Part shown: one piece after another, positions 24,151 through 32,000 of the stretch
How the letters are laid out: each line of letters begins with the position of its first letter
How positions within the stretch are numbered: position 1 is the first letter of the stretch
DNA from: Cupriavidus necator
GTDB lineage: Bacteria; Pseudomonadota; Gammaproteobacteria; Burkholderiales; Burkholderiaceae
DNA length: 32,000 nucleotides
NCBI RefSeq assembly: GCF_016127575.1
Contig: NZ_CP066020.1
Coordinates: forward strand, 120,001-152,000
Direction of reading: 5' to 3'
Notes under the pieces: model-generated
Seen by the model: the letters and a program-made list of their open reading frames with translations, nothing else
Databases searched by the model: none
Told to the model about the DNA's origin: nothing
Translations under genes and position numbers: made by a program

Positions 24151-24846
24151 CAGTTCAAAGGAGGTAAAGTGAAGGATATAACCTTCGATTCCAGCATACA
24201 TGGAACGTGGGCCGGCGCGCTGTCGGATTGTGTCTGATTACGCTGGCGCCCCATCTCATGAAGGGACTGCTTGCGACGTCTCATGCTATCGCATGATTTC
24301 GTCTGGCAAGATGCCTCGAAGACCTTATGCTGGAGGTCGCAGGAAAGGGGCCAGTGACCTTCGCTCGACTCGCCTTGAATACAGGCGGTCTTCTGGTTAA
24401 GGCCCACGATGGTGCCGATGTGCTCGTGCAAAGGCTGATCGGTGAGGAGACGGTATCGCCGAGCAGGAAGTCTGCGCGCTGCGCTCGTTGCGGTGAGGGC
24501 GGTATGCGTGCGGCGGTGGCTGCGGCGTCACGGCGGCGTAGGAAAAGACCGGGCCGGCGCGTTAAACGTCCCCGACCACAGCATGGATCAGATGGTCTGC
24601 GATGTAGCGACAGTCATGCCGATATGCAAATTGCTGGTGCGGTTGATCATTCGGTCAGATACTTAGGTGCAGGGCAGCAAGGATGTCCATGATGCGCAAT
24701 GTAGCGGCTAGCGCGGCGGCGCCAGTTTTGTGGATCTGGCTGACCGGGCGAGATGGTCGATCGTCTACCGTTCATCTAGAATCGCACGAGTCCATTCAAC
24801 TTGCCTTTCAGCGATCTGCCGATGAGCGATTAACAAAAATAATTCG

Positions 24847-26745
24847 ATGACCCAGTCCGCCACCGCTCATTACTTCGTCGAAAGCCCCAGTACAGGAGCC
24901 TTGGTGCTCGGCGCGGTCGGTGTCGTCTTCGGTGATATCGGCACTAGTCCGCTGTATGCACTAAAGGAGTGCTTCAGCAAGGAACACGGCATCGCCTTCA
25001 GCCCTGATGCCGTGCTGGGCGTCATCTCGATTCTGTTCTGGGCCATGATCATCGTGGTCTCCATCAAATACGTGGTGTTCGTCATGCGTGCCGACAACGA
25101 CGGCGAGGGTGGGGTGTTGGCGCTGATGGCGCTGGTGCTGCGCACCGTGGCGCAGCGCTCGAGGAAGGCCAAGATCCTGATGATGTTGGGCATCTTCGGC
25201 GCCTGCATGTTCTATGGCGACGCCGTGATTACGCCGGCGATCTCGGTCCTGTCGGCAGTGGAGGGACTTGAGATCGCGGCTCCCCAGCTTTCGCAATTCG
25301 TAATACCAATCACGCTGGTGATCCTGGCAGCGCTGTTTCTGATCCAGCGCCACGGCACCGCAGCGGTTGGAAAGCTGTTCGGGCCTATCATGACGACGTG
25401 GTTTGTTGCCTTGGGAGCGCTTGGCATCCTCAACTTGGTCCAGGCACCGGAGATTCTGAAATCGATCAATCCTTATTACGCCATTAGCTTCTTGGTCGAG
25501 CACGCCCTGCAGGCCTTTATCGTGCTGGGCTCAGTATTTCTGGTGCTGACCGGGGCCGAGGCGCTATATGTCGACATGGGCCACTTCGGCGCGCGCCCAA
25601 TCCGCATCGGCTGGTTCGTCCTCGTAATGCCGTGCCTGATATTGAATTACTTCGGCCAGGGCGCGATGCTGCTGCACAACCCGGCCGGCGTGGAAAACCC
25701 GTTCTTCCTGATGGTGCCGGAACTACTCCAGTTGCCGATGGTGCTGCTAGCGACCAGCGCCACCGTGATTGCCTCGCAGGCCGTGATCTCGGGTGCTTTC
25801 TCGTTGACCAGCCAGGCGATCCAGCTCGGCTTCGTGCCGCGCATGCGCGTACTCTATACCTCTGCCGCCGAAATCGGCCAAATCTACCTGCCGGTAGTCA
25901 ACTGGCTGTTACTGGTGCTGGTGATCGGCGTGGTCATCTCGTTCAAGAAGTCGGAGAACCTGGCTGCGGCTTACGGGATCGCCGTGACCACCACCATGGT
26001 CATCACCACCTTTCTGGCAGCGGTATGCATGCGCAATGTGTGGAAGTGGGACCCGGCGCTTGTGGCGGTGCTGGGCACTAGCTTCCTGCTGGTAGATCTA
26101 GCATTCTTTGCCGCCAACCTTCTCAAGATCGCCGAAGGTGGCTGGTTCCCACTGCTGTTGGGCAGCGCTGCATTCTTTATGCTGATGACCTGGTACAGCG
26201 GACGCAAGCTGCTGCGCGCGCGCAGCCTGGAAGATGGCATTCCACTGGAGCCGTTCATTGCCGGCCTGCTGGCGCACCCGCCGCATCGCGTCGAGGGCAC
26301 CGCGGTATTCCTGACCGGAAGCATCGACACGGTGCCGGTGTCACTACTACATAACCTTAAGCACAACCGCGTGCTGCACGAACGTGTGGTGTTCCTGACC
26401 TTCGTTACGCGCGACATCCCCTATGTTGATGACGACCAACGCGTCAGTTGCAAAGACCTGGGCGGTGGCGCCTTTATCCTGAAGTCAGAATACGGCTTCA
26501 AGGAAACGCCGGACGTGCAGAAGGTGTTGGACCTGGCTGACCGCAAGCTCGGCATGCATTTCGAGTTGATGGAAACGTCATTCTTTATCGCGCGTGAATC
26601 GGTGATCCCGTCCAGGCTTCCGGGCATGCCGATGTGGCGCGAAAGCTTGTTCGCCTGGATGCATCAGAACGGGGCAAAGCCATCGGATTTTTTCCAAATT
26701 CCTGCCAACCGTGTGGTCGAACTGGGCACCAAGGTGGAGATATAA
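24847..26745 (+). CDS. kup: Kup (KUP/HAK/KT family) potassium uptake transporter
   Basis: 632-aa product. The N-terminus ...[22 protein letters not shown] is the Kup signature. There are about 12 hydrophobic segments followed by a soluble C-terminal domain. Confidence 0.95.
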
Positions 26746-26961
26746 ACGAACCGCCTGTATTAGTCTATTGCCGGGCGCTACATACTTAGTGGTCAGATAA
26801 GACGCTAAATTAACCTCACAGCGAATGCTCGTCACCGAACAGATCGCTCCGCATCCATCGTCGATTTCCTCTCTCCGCGATGGCCGGCAACGAATGCGGC
26901 GCCATTCAGTCCGCGCGCCGACGTATCGGGTCAGCCACCGGGTAAAAGGGGTAAAAGCGTG

Positions 26962-27290
26962 CGCGTGCCCTCGGCATTGGCGCGCTCGGCGGCAAAGCGG
27001 GCCAGCACCAGCAGCGCCTCGCGATGCCGGAAGAACAGGGTCTCGGGCACCACCACCGCCTCGAACCCTATTCGATCGCCATAGCCCTGCTCGATGCCGG
27101 CGTGCCCACGGCGCGCTTCCGCATCGACGCGGTCGACGTTAGCGCCCGTGCGCTGGCGCGCGCGCCATGGCGAGTACGGCGGCAACGCCTTCCGCAGTGG
27201 CCCGCTGGATTTCCGTGACCGATATTTCACCGCCGGCCCTGCAGGCTACGCGCTGGACCCGCGCGTGCGTGCGCAGGTGCGGCTGCCAAT
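26962..27290 (+). pseudogene. CheR-type SAM methyltransferase remnant, scrambled (inverted N-terminal piece, frameshift, 3' truncation)
   Basis: The minus strand of 26962-27075 encodes FEAVVVPETLFFRHREALLVLARFAAE... . The plus strand from 27073 encodes EPYSIAIALLDAGVPTARFRIDAVDVSARALARA and then, in the +1 frame, RHGEYGGNAFRS..FRDRYFT..GYALDPRVRAQVR. Similarity stops about 15 nt before the next gene. Confidence 0.5.
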
Positions 27291-27304
27291 TCACACCACG
27301 GTTG

Positions 27305-28072
27305 TTACCGATAGCCCGTCAGCAACTGCTTCATGGCCCGAAAGGCCGTAGCGCGGTCATCGCCGAGCAGAAAAGCGTGGACGCCCAGTTCTCGCCAGTG
27401 CTCGCACTGCCCGATAGCGCGGGGGATGGCACAGAAAGGCACACCACGCGCCTGGCAGGCTTGCGCGATGCGCTGGATTGCGGCTTGAACTGAGGGATGC
27501 TGCGCATCAGCCGGCACGCCAAAACTTTGCGACAGGTCGATCGCGCCTTCGAGCACCATGTCGATGCCCGGTACAGCGACAATTTCGTCAATGGCGTCTA
27601 CACCTTCCCGGTCCTCGATCATGGCCACCACCATCAGCTCCCAGTTGGCCCGCTGGAAGTAGGCCGGCAACGTCAGCGTGCCGAAGCCGGTCGTCCGGCC
27701 CCCAGTAATGCCGCGCGTGCCGAGCGGATGGTAGCGGGTACTGTTGACCGCCAGCTCGGCCTCCGCCCGACTGCGCACGTGGGGCACCACGATGCCCTGC
27801 GCCCCGGCATCCAGCACGCGCAGAATGATATCCGGCGCCGCCCGAGGCACTCGTACCAGGGCAGTGATGCCGGCGCATTCCGCGGCACGAATCATGTTTT
27901 CCAGCGTCTGTGGATTTACCCCAACGTGCTCAAGATCCAGGATCACAAAGTCGAAGCCGGCATAGCCGATCATTTCGGTCACCAGCGGCAATGGCAGGGA
28001 ATTGAGCAGCCCGAACACCTCGCGCCCGGCAGCGAGTGCGGCCTTTAGCCGGTTAGGCTGCAGCATGAGCAT
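27305..28072 (-). CDS. HpcH/HpaI aldolase-family enzyme (SbnG-like, siderophore citrate synthase type)
   Basis: MLMLQPNRLKAALAAG...DFVILDLEHV...MIEDREGV... fits the HpcH/HpaI fold. The start overlaps the upstream decarboxylase stop. Confidence 0.8.
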   Translation of the reverse strand: MLMLQPNRLKAALAAGREVFGLLNSLPLPLVTEMIGYAGFDFVILDLEHVGVNPQTLENMIRAAECAGITALVRVPRAAPDIILRVLDAGAQGIVVPHVRSRAEAELAVNSTRYHPLGTRGITGGRTTGFGTLTLPAYFQRANWELMVVAMIEDREGVDAIDEIVAVPGIDMVLEGAIDLSQSFGVPADAQHPSVQAAIQRIAQACQARGVPFCAIPRAIGQCEHWRELGVHAFLLGDDRATAFRAMKQLLTGYR

Positions 28073-29303
28073 CCTCCGCAGCAAGGTAGCAGTGCTGCGG
28101 GTGCGGGTGGCGCAGGAAGTCATGGTGCGAGATATGCCAGGCGTAGGCGCCGGCATACGGGAACACCACCATGTCTCCGGCACGCACACTGTCCACCGGC
28201 GCGTCCTGCGCGAGGACGTCCTTCGGCGTGCAGAGCTGGCCGACCACGCTGACGCGCGCGTCCCGCACGCCGGGGCGGGCAAACGGATAGCGCCACGACT
28301 CGACCGGCAGCACCCGGAACGGGTGGCTGTGCCCTTGCGCATAGGGCGTGCGGAAGTGGTGCGTGCCGCCGCAGGCCACGACGAAGGCGCGGTCGAAGGC
28401 GTGCTTGACGTCGATCACTTCCATCGCGTAGTAGCCGCAGAAGGCGGTGATATAGCGCCCGCATTCAAGGCGCACGGTCAGCCCGTCGCGCTGCGCCGAC
28501 AGCGCCGGCAGGCCTTCGGCAAAGCCGGCCCAGTCGAACTGCCGCTCGGGCTCGCGGTAATTGACGCCGATGCCGCCGCCGACGTTGACCTGGTCCAGCG
28601 TGTCGAGCCCGTATTCCGCGCGCCAGCGCCTGACCTGTTGCAGGTAGGCGTCGAGCAGGCGCAGGTGGGCGGCGGCGTCGAGCTGGTGCGACATCAGGTG
28701 GAAATGGAAGCCGCGCAGACGGATTTCCGGGTGTGCGCGCAGCCACGCTAGGCACGCGGGGAGCTGATCTCCGGCGATGCCGAACGGAGTGGGCTTGCCG
28801 CCCATCATCAGCGTGGTGGCCTGCAGGCCTTCAATGGCCAGGTTGACGCGCAGCAGCACCGGGGCGGTGACGCCGCGCGCGCGCGCGAGCCAGGCCAGGC
28901 GTTCGAGTTCATGCAGGCTTTCCACGTGCAGCGCCTCGACGCCGAGCTCCAGCGCGCCGGCCAGTTCCGCATCGGTCTTGCCGGGGCCGCTGAAGATCAG
29001 CGGCACGTCGGCAAAATGCTCGCGCACCCAGGCCAGTTCGCCGCCGGAGGAAATCTCGAAGCCGTGCGCCAGCGGCGCCAGCGTCTGCAGGATCGGCAGG
29101 TCGGAGTTGGCCTTGATCGCGTAGAACAGCTCGAAACCCGGCGGCAGGCCGCGCGCGGTGGCGGTGGCATGGCGCCGCAGCGCCTCCAGGTCGTAGACGT
29201 AGGTGCTGAGCGGGGCGCTGGCGTTGGCAAGCGCATTTGCAAGCGCGTTCTGCAGGTGGTCGGTGACGCGCGACCAGCGCAGTTCGGGGGCGGTCATTGC
29301 CAT
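28053..29303 (-). CDS. PLP-dependent Orn/DAP/Arg-decarboxylase-fold enzyme (SbnH-like)
   Basis: ...FYAIKANSD... (PLP lysine), ...VNVGGGIGV..., ...ECGRY... are typical group IV decarboxylase motifs. ATG 29303 overlaps the IucA/IucC stop by 10 nt. Confidence 0.85.
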   Translation of the reverse strand: MAMTAPELRWSRVTDHLQNALANALANASAPLSTYVYDLEALRRHATATARGLPPGFELFYAIKANSDLPILQTLAPLAHGFEISSGGELAWVREHFADVPLIFSGPGKTDAELAGALELGVEALHVESLHELERLAWLARARGVTAPVLLRVNLAIEGLQATTLMMGGKPTPFGIAGDQLPACLAWLRAHPEIRLRGFHFHLMSHQLDAAAHLRLLDAYLQQVRRWRAEYGLDTLDQVNVGGGIGVNYREPERQFDWAGFAEGLPALSAQRDGLTVRLECGRYITAFCGYYAMEVIDVKHAFDRAFVVACGGTHHFRTPYAQGHSHPFRVLPVESWRYPFARPGVRDARVSVVGQLCTPKDVLAQDAPVDSVRAGDMVVFPYAGAYAWHISHHDFLRHPHPQHCYLAAEDAHAAA

Positions 29304-31138
29304 GCCGCCTCCACGCCGGCGAAGGGAATGGGATTGGCGACGGGCACGTAAGTCGAGGCGCGGTCGGCGCGCTGGAAGAAGCGGTTGCTGAAATTGGTCT
29401 TGGCCGGGAACGGGCTGCCGGCGAGCAGGCCGTTGATGCGCCGGGCCGAGGCCGCGTTGCCGTAGCGATGCTGGTAGGTATGCAAGTGATGGCGCACGAC
29501 CGACCACAGCCGCGTGGTCATGGCCGGGCGGCTGCCACCCAGCTGGGCGATGACCTCGCACAGGTTGTTGACGAACAGGCAATAGGCGACGCGGTTCCAG
29601 CCCTGTTCTTCGTCGTACCACAGCGACGACCGCGCGCGTTCACTGAGTTCTGGCATGGAAGACGCGGGATGGCACGACGGCGTCAGCTTCACCCCCTCGA
29701 AGTCGCGCAGGAAGAGTTGCGCGGGCAGGTCCTGGCGCAGGCCCAGCACCACGTTCTGCAGGTGCGGTTCGAAGATGACGCCATGCGCGAAGAAGAGATG
29801 GAAGACCGGGTAGAGCAGTTGCGACACATAGGCGGAGAACCAGCGCTCGGTCATGGCATCCACCGTGGTCCCGGCCTGCGCGGCGAGCGCCGCCAGCAGC
29901 CGCTGCATGCGCGCTTCGCCGTAGTAATGGTTGCCGAACAGCGAGCCGGCCAGCAGCGGCACGCAGTCGGGCGCGCGCAGCGTATCCACACTCTGGCGCA
30001 GGATCAGGCCGAAGCCTTCGATGACCTGGCGGTTCTGCTCGGTATCGGCGTCCTTGAGGTCGACCGACAGGAAGGCCGGCTCCTCCATCAGCGCCAGGCC
30101 TGGGAACAGCCGCGCCAGGTCCGGCAACAGCGGACGCAGCACGCGGTTGACGTGCATGGCGCTTTCCAGCTCGTACCAGGCGTTCTTGCGCACGCAGTTG
30201 GTAATGCGGATGTTCAGCGACAGCTTGTAGAAGTACGGGTTGCCGGGCTGGTACAGGGTCCGGATCGACGAGGTGGGAAAGAAGTCCGCGCCCTGCGTGC
30301 CCAGGTCCTGCAGGCGGCCGCTCGCCAGCGCATCGTGCACCAGCGGATGCTCGCGCAGGTAGCCTGCCTGCCAGGGGTGGACCGGTACCGCCACGCGGTC
30401 GGCCGGCACGGCGGGGGCATTCGCTGCGATCAACTGGTCGCAACTGGCGTCGCGCAGCGACTGCTGCGCGATGTCGCCGCGCGGCACCGCGAACCATGCC
30501 AGCGGAAAGCGGGTGCGCAACTCCGGCGAGTAGCGCAGCAGGTCATCGTCGGAGAAGCCCTGCCGGCTCTTCGGCGTGGGGTGGAACGGATGGCCGAAGG
30601 TCAGCGATTGCTCGGAATCGATATAGGCCTCCACCGGATCGGCAGGAATCGTGGCGGGCACCGGCACGGACAGCACTTCCGTGCTCACGGCGACGCTGTT
30701 GCGGATCTGCTCCATCAGCTCGGTGTTGGGCGGCAGCTCGTGCTGCTGCGCCATCTCGCGCAACAGCAGCGCGGCCAGCGCTTCCCAGTCGAGCAGTGCC
30801 CACGGCTTGTTCTCGGCCTTGTGGAATACCGGCGAGAGGTAGCGGTAGTTGCCGGTCAGCCAGGCACCGCCGACCACGGACAGCAGCCGGCCGTGGATAT
30901 GCGGCAGCTGCACTTCCAGCACTTGGGCCGGCTCGCGCTGCAGCGTCATGGCGATGGTCGCGGGCCAGTCGTTGTGCCCGGCGGGCGGGCCGACGCGCAA
31001 CTGGCCGGCGGGGGCCGCGACCTCGCGGCAGTAGCAGTTCAGCAGTGTTTCCTGGCAGCGCCGCGCGGCGGCCAGTTCCGCCAGTTCCGTCAATACGCGG
31101 CGCGTGCCGGCATGTTCCATCTTGGTTTGCACTTGCAT
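29294..31138 (-). CDS. IucA/IucC-family NIS siderophore synthetase
   Basis: 614-aa product with ...HPFHP..KSR.GF..., ...PVHPWQ..., ...IRT..., ...KLSL.I.ITN..R... and a C-terminal FhuF-like region (FEPHLQN, RDFEG). Confidence 0.9.
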   Translation of the reverse strand: MQVQTKMEHAGTRRVLTELAELAAARRCQETLLNCYCREVAAPAGQLRVGPPAGHNDWPATIAMTLQREPAQVLEVQLPHIHGRLLSVVGGAWLTGNYRYLSPVFHKAENKPWALLDWEALAALLLREMAQQHELPPNTELMEQIRNSVAVSTEVLSVPVPATIPADPVEAYIDSEQSLTFGHPFHPTPKSRQGFSDDDLLRYSPELRTRFPLAWFAVPRGDIAQQSLRDASCDQLIAANAPAVPADRVAVPVHPWQAGYLREHPLVHDALASGRLQDLGTQGADFFPTSSIRTLYQPGNPYFYKLSLNIRITNCVRKNAWYELESAMHVNRVLRPLLPDLARLFPGLALMEEPAFLSVDLKDADTEQNRQVIEGFGLILRQSVDTLRAPDCVPLLAGSLFGNHYYGEARMQRLLAALAAQAGTTVDAMTERWFSAYVSQLLYPVFHLFFAHGVIFEPHLQNVVLGLRQDLPAQLFLRDFEGVKLTPSCHPASSMPELSERARSSLWYDEEQGWNRVAYCLFVNNLCEVIAQLGGSRPAMTTRLWSVVRHHLHTYQHRYGNAASARRINGLLAGSPFPAKTNFSNRFFQRADRASTYVPVANPIPFAGVEAAWQ

Positions 31139-31166
31139 TGTCTTGTGACCTCGTTCTCGGGAGGGA

Positions 31167-32000
31167 TCAGAGTGCGCTTATGCGCTGTCGGGCGGTAAGG
31201 AGCAGGTAGGCGACGGCCGGCGCGAGCAGCGCGGCGCCTAGCAGGTAAGGCGCGCGCTGGCCGGCCAGGCTGACTGCCGCGCCGGCGCCAAGCCCGGCCA
31301 CCACGCCACCCCATTTGGAACTGCTTTCGAACCAGCCGAAGGTGCGGCCGGCGTTGCCGGCGTGCACCACGCTTGCGACCAGCGCATGCAGCGCGATAAA
31401 GCCGGCCGTCATGGCGATGCCCATCAGCAGGCGCCAGGCCACCAGCGCCGGCAGGCCGAGCGGCGCCGCTTGGGCCAGCAGGGCGATCACCAGCGTGCCG
31501 TAGGCGGTGGCGAGCAGCCCCAGCGACGGGGCCAGCCCCAGCCGCCGCGACAGCAACGGTGCCGCGGCCAGGTACACCAGGTGGGGCAGGCCGAACAGCA
31601 GGCCGGCCGTGGCCGCGGAGATGGCAGGCATGCGCTGCTGCATGTCGGGGATGAAGTACGGGAACGTCACCACGGTGGCGAACACGAAGGCGAACTGCAG
31701 CACGTAGATCTGCCGCGGCGTGGCTGGCGCCGATACGCTTGCGCCGCCCGCGCGTGTTGCCGGGCGCTTCGCAGCGCCGGTGGCTTCGCCGGCAGGCAGC
31801 CATGCGATCAGCGCCGCGGCGGCCAGCGGCAGCAAGGCCAGCCAGCGGTACAGCACGATCGGCGATTCCGCCCCCATCCACAGGCCCAGGCAGGCGGGCG
31901 CCGCTACCAGCGCGGCGCGCGCCGACCACTGCATCGCCGTCAGGCTGCGCGTGAGCGTGGTGCCGCTGGCGACCGTTGCCAGGTAGGCGTTGGAGGCCGA
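31167..32000 (-). CDS. MFS transporter (SbnD-like siderophore exporter type), N-terminus outside window
   Basis: The frame is open to the window edge, with no stop in 31935-32000. The product is a series of hydrophobic helices, and the gene lies 28 bp upstream of the IucA/IucC gene. Confidence 0.7.
   Translation of the reverse strand, partial: SASNAYLATVASGTTLTRSLTAMQWSARAALVAAPACLGLWMGAESPIVLYRWLALLPLAAAALIAWLPAGEATGAAKRPATRAGGASVSAPATPRQIYVLQFAFVFATVVTFPYFIPDMQQRMPAISAATAGLLFGLPHLVYLAAAPLLSRRLGLAPSLGLLATAYGTLVIALLAQAAPLGLPALVAWRLLMGIAMTAGFIALHALVASVVHAGNAGRTFGWFESSSKWGGVVAGLGAGAAVSLAGQRAPYLLGAALLAPAVAYLLLTARQRISAL

Noticed and set aside
24072-24431. 119-aa minus-strand ORF with several Cys residues, downstream of the metal-type trio
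   Set aside because: It runs through the 24134-24150 hairpin and T-run. There is no recognisable family and no Shine-Dalgarno. It may be a decayed remnant. Likewise, the 23679-24068 ORF overlaps the GDCCVxC gene antisense.
28002-31198. Long plus-strand ORFs (249 aa, 633 aa and others) across the siderophore genes
   Set aside because: They are antisense to genes with clear IucA/IucC and decarboxylase motifs. Their composition is Arg/Gly/Ala-rich, as expected for GC-driven shadow frames.
1-32000. CRISPR arrays, tRNA, rRNA or tmRNA genes
   Set aside because: There is no regularly spaced short-repeat array. I saw no tRNA-like T-arm/acceptor patterns while reading both strands. The integrase therefore has no visible tRNA attachment site in this window.

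Overview
This is a mosaic, mostly accessory region of a high-GC betaproteobacterial replicon. It looks Cupriavidus/Ralstonia-like, which I infer from gene content and composition only. Contents from left to right:
- The 3' end of hypF, then a hypC gene cut after codon 25 by a 1.46-kb ISKra4-like IS.
- A small secreted tandem-repeat protein.
- A tyrosine integrase.
- A ~6.1-kb Tn7/Tn5053-like tniA-tniB-tniQ transposon. Its ends can be mapped (22-bp terminal inverted repeats plus internal repeats). Its tniA 5' end is split by an ISL3 element with a perfect 8-bp target duplication.
- A KfrA-like/H-NS-like gene pair.
- A sharply AT-rich two-gene cassette: a DUF3010-like gene with one in-frame TAA, plus a Hanks-type Ser/Thr kinase. 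A decayed second kfrA copy follows it directly.
- An IetAS-like AAA+ ATPase / S8 protease defence pair.
- An orphan FemAB/GNAT-like gene.
- About 3 kb of decayed, repeat-bearing DNA that includes an IS3 remnant.
- A cysteine-rich DUF1326-DUF2182-GDCCVxC trio.
- kup.
- A scrambled CheR-like remnant.
- The distal part of a staphyloferrin-B-type siderophore operon (MFS, IucA/IucC, PLP decarboxylase, HpcH-type enzyme).

I recognised no rRNA, tRNA or CRISPR array. The best candidate for something undescribed is the kinase + DUF3010-like cassette in the defence islet (about 11.65-13.39 kb). All family assignments come from motif recognition by eye and memory; no searches were run.
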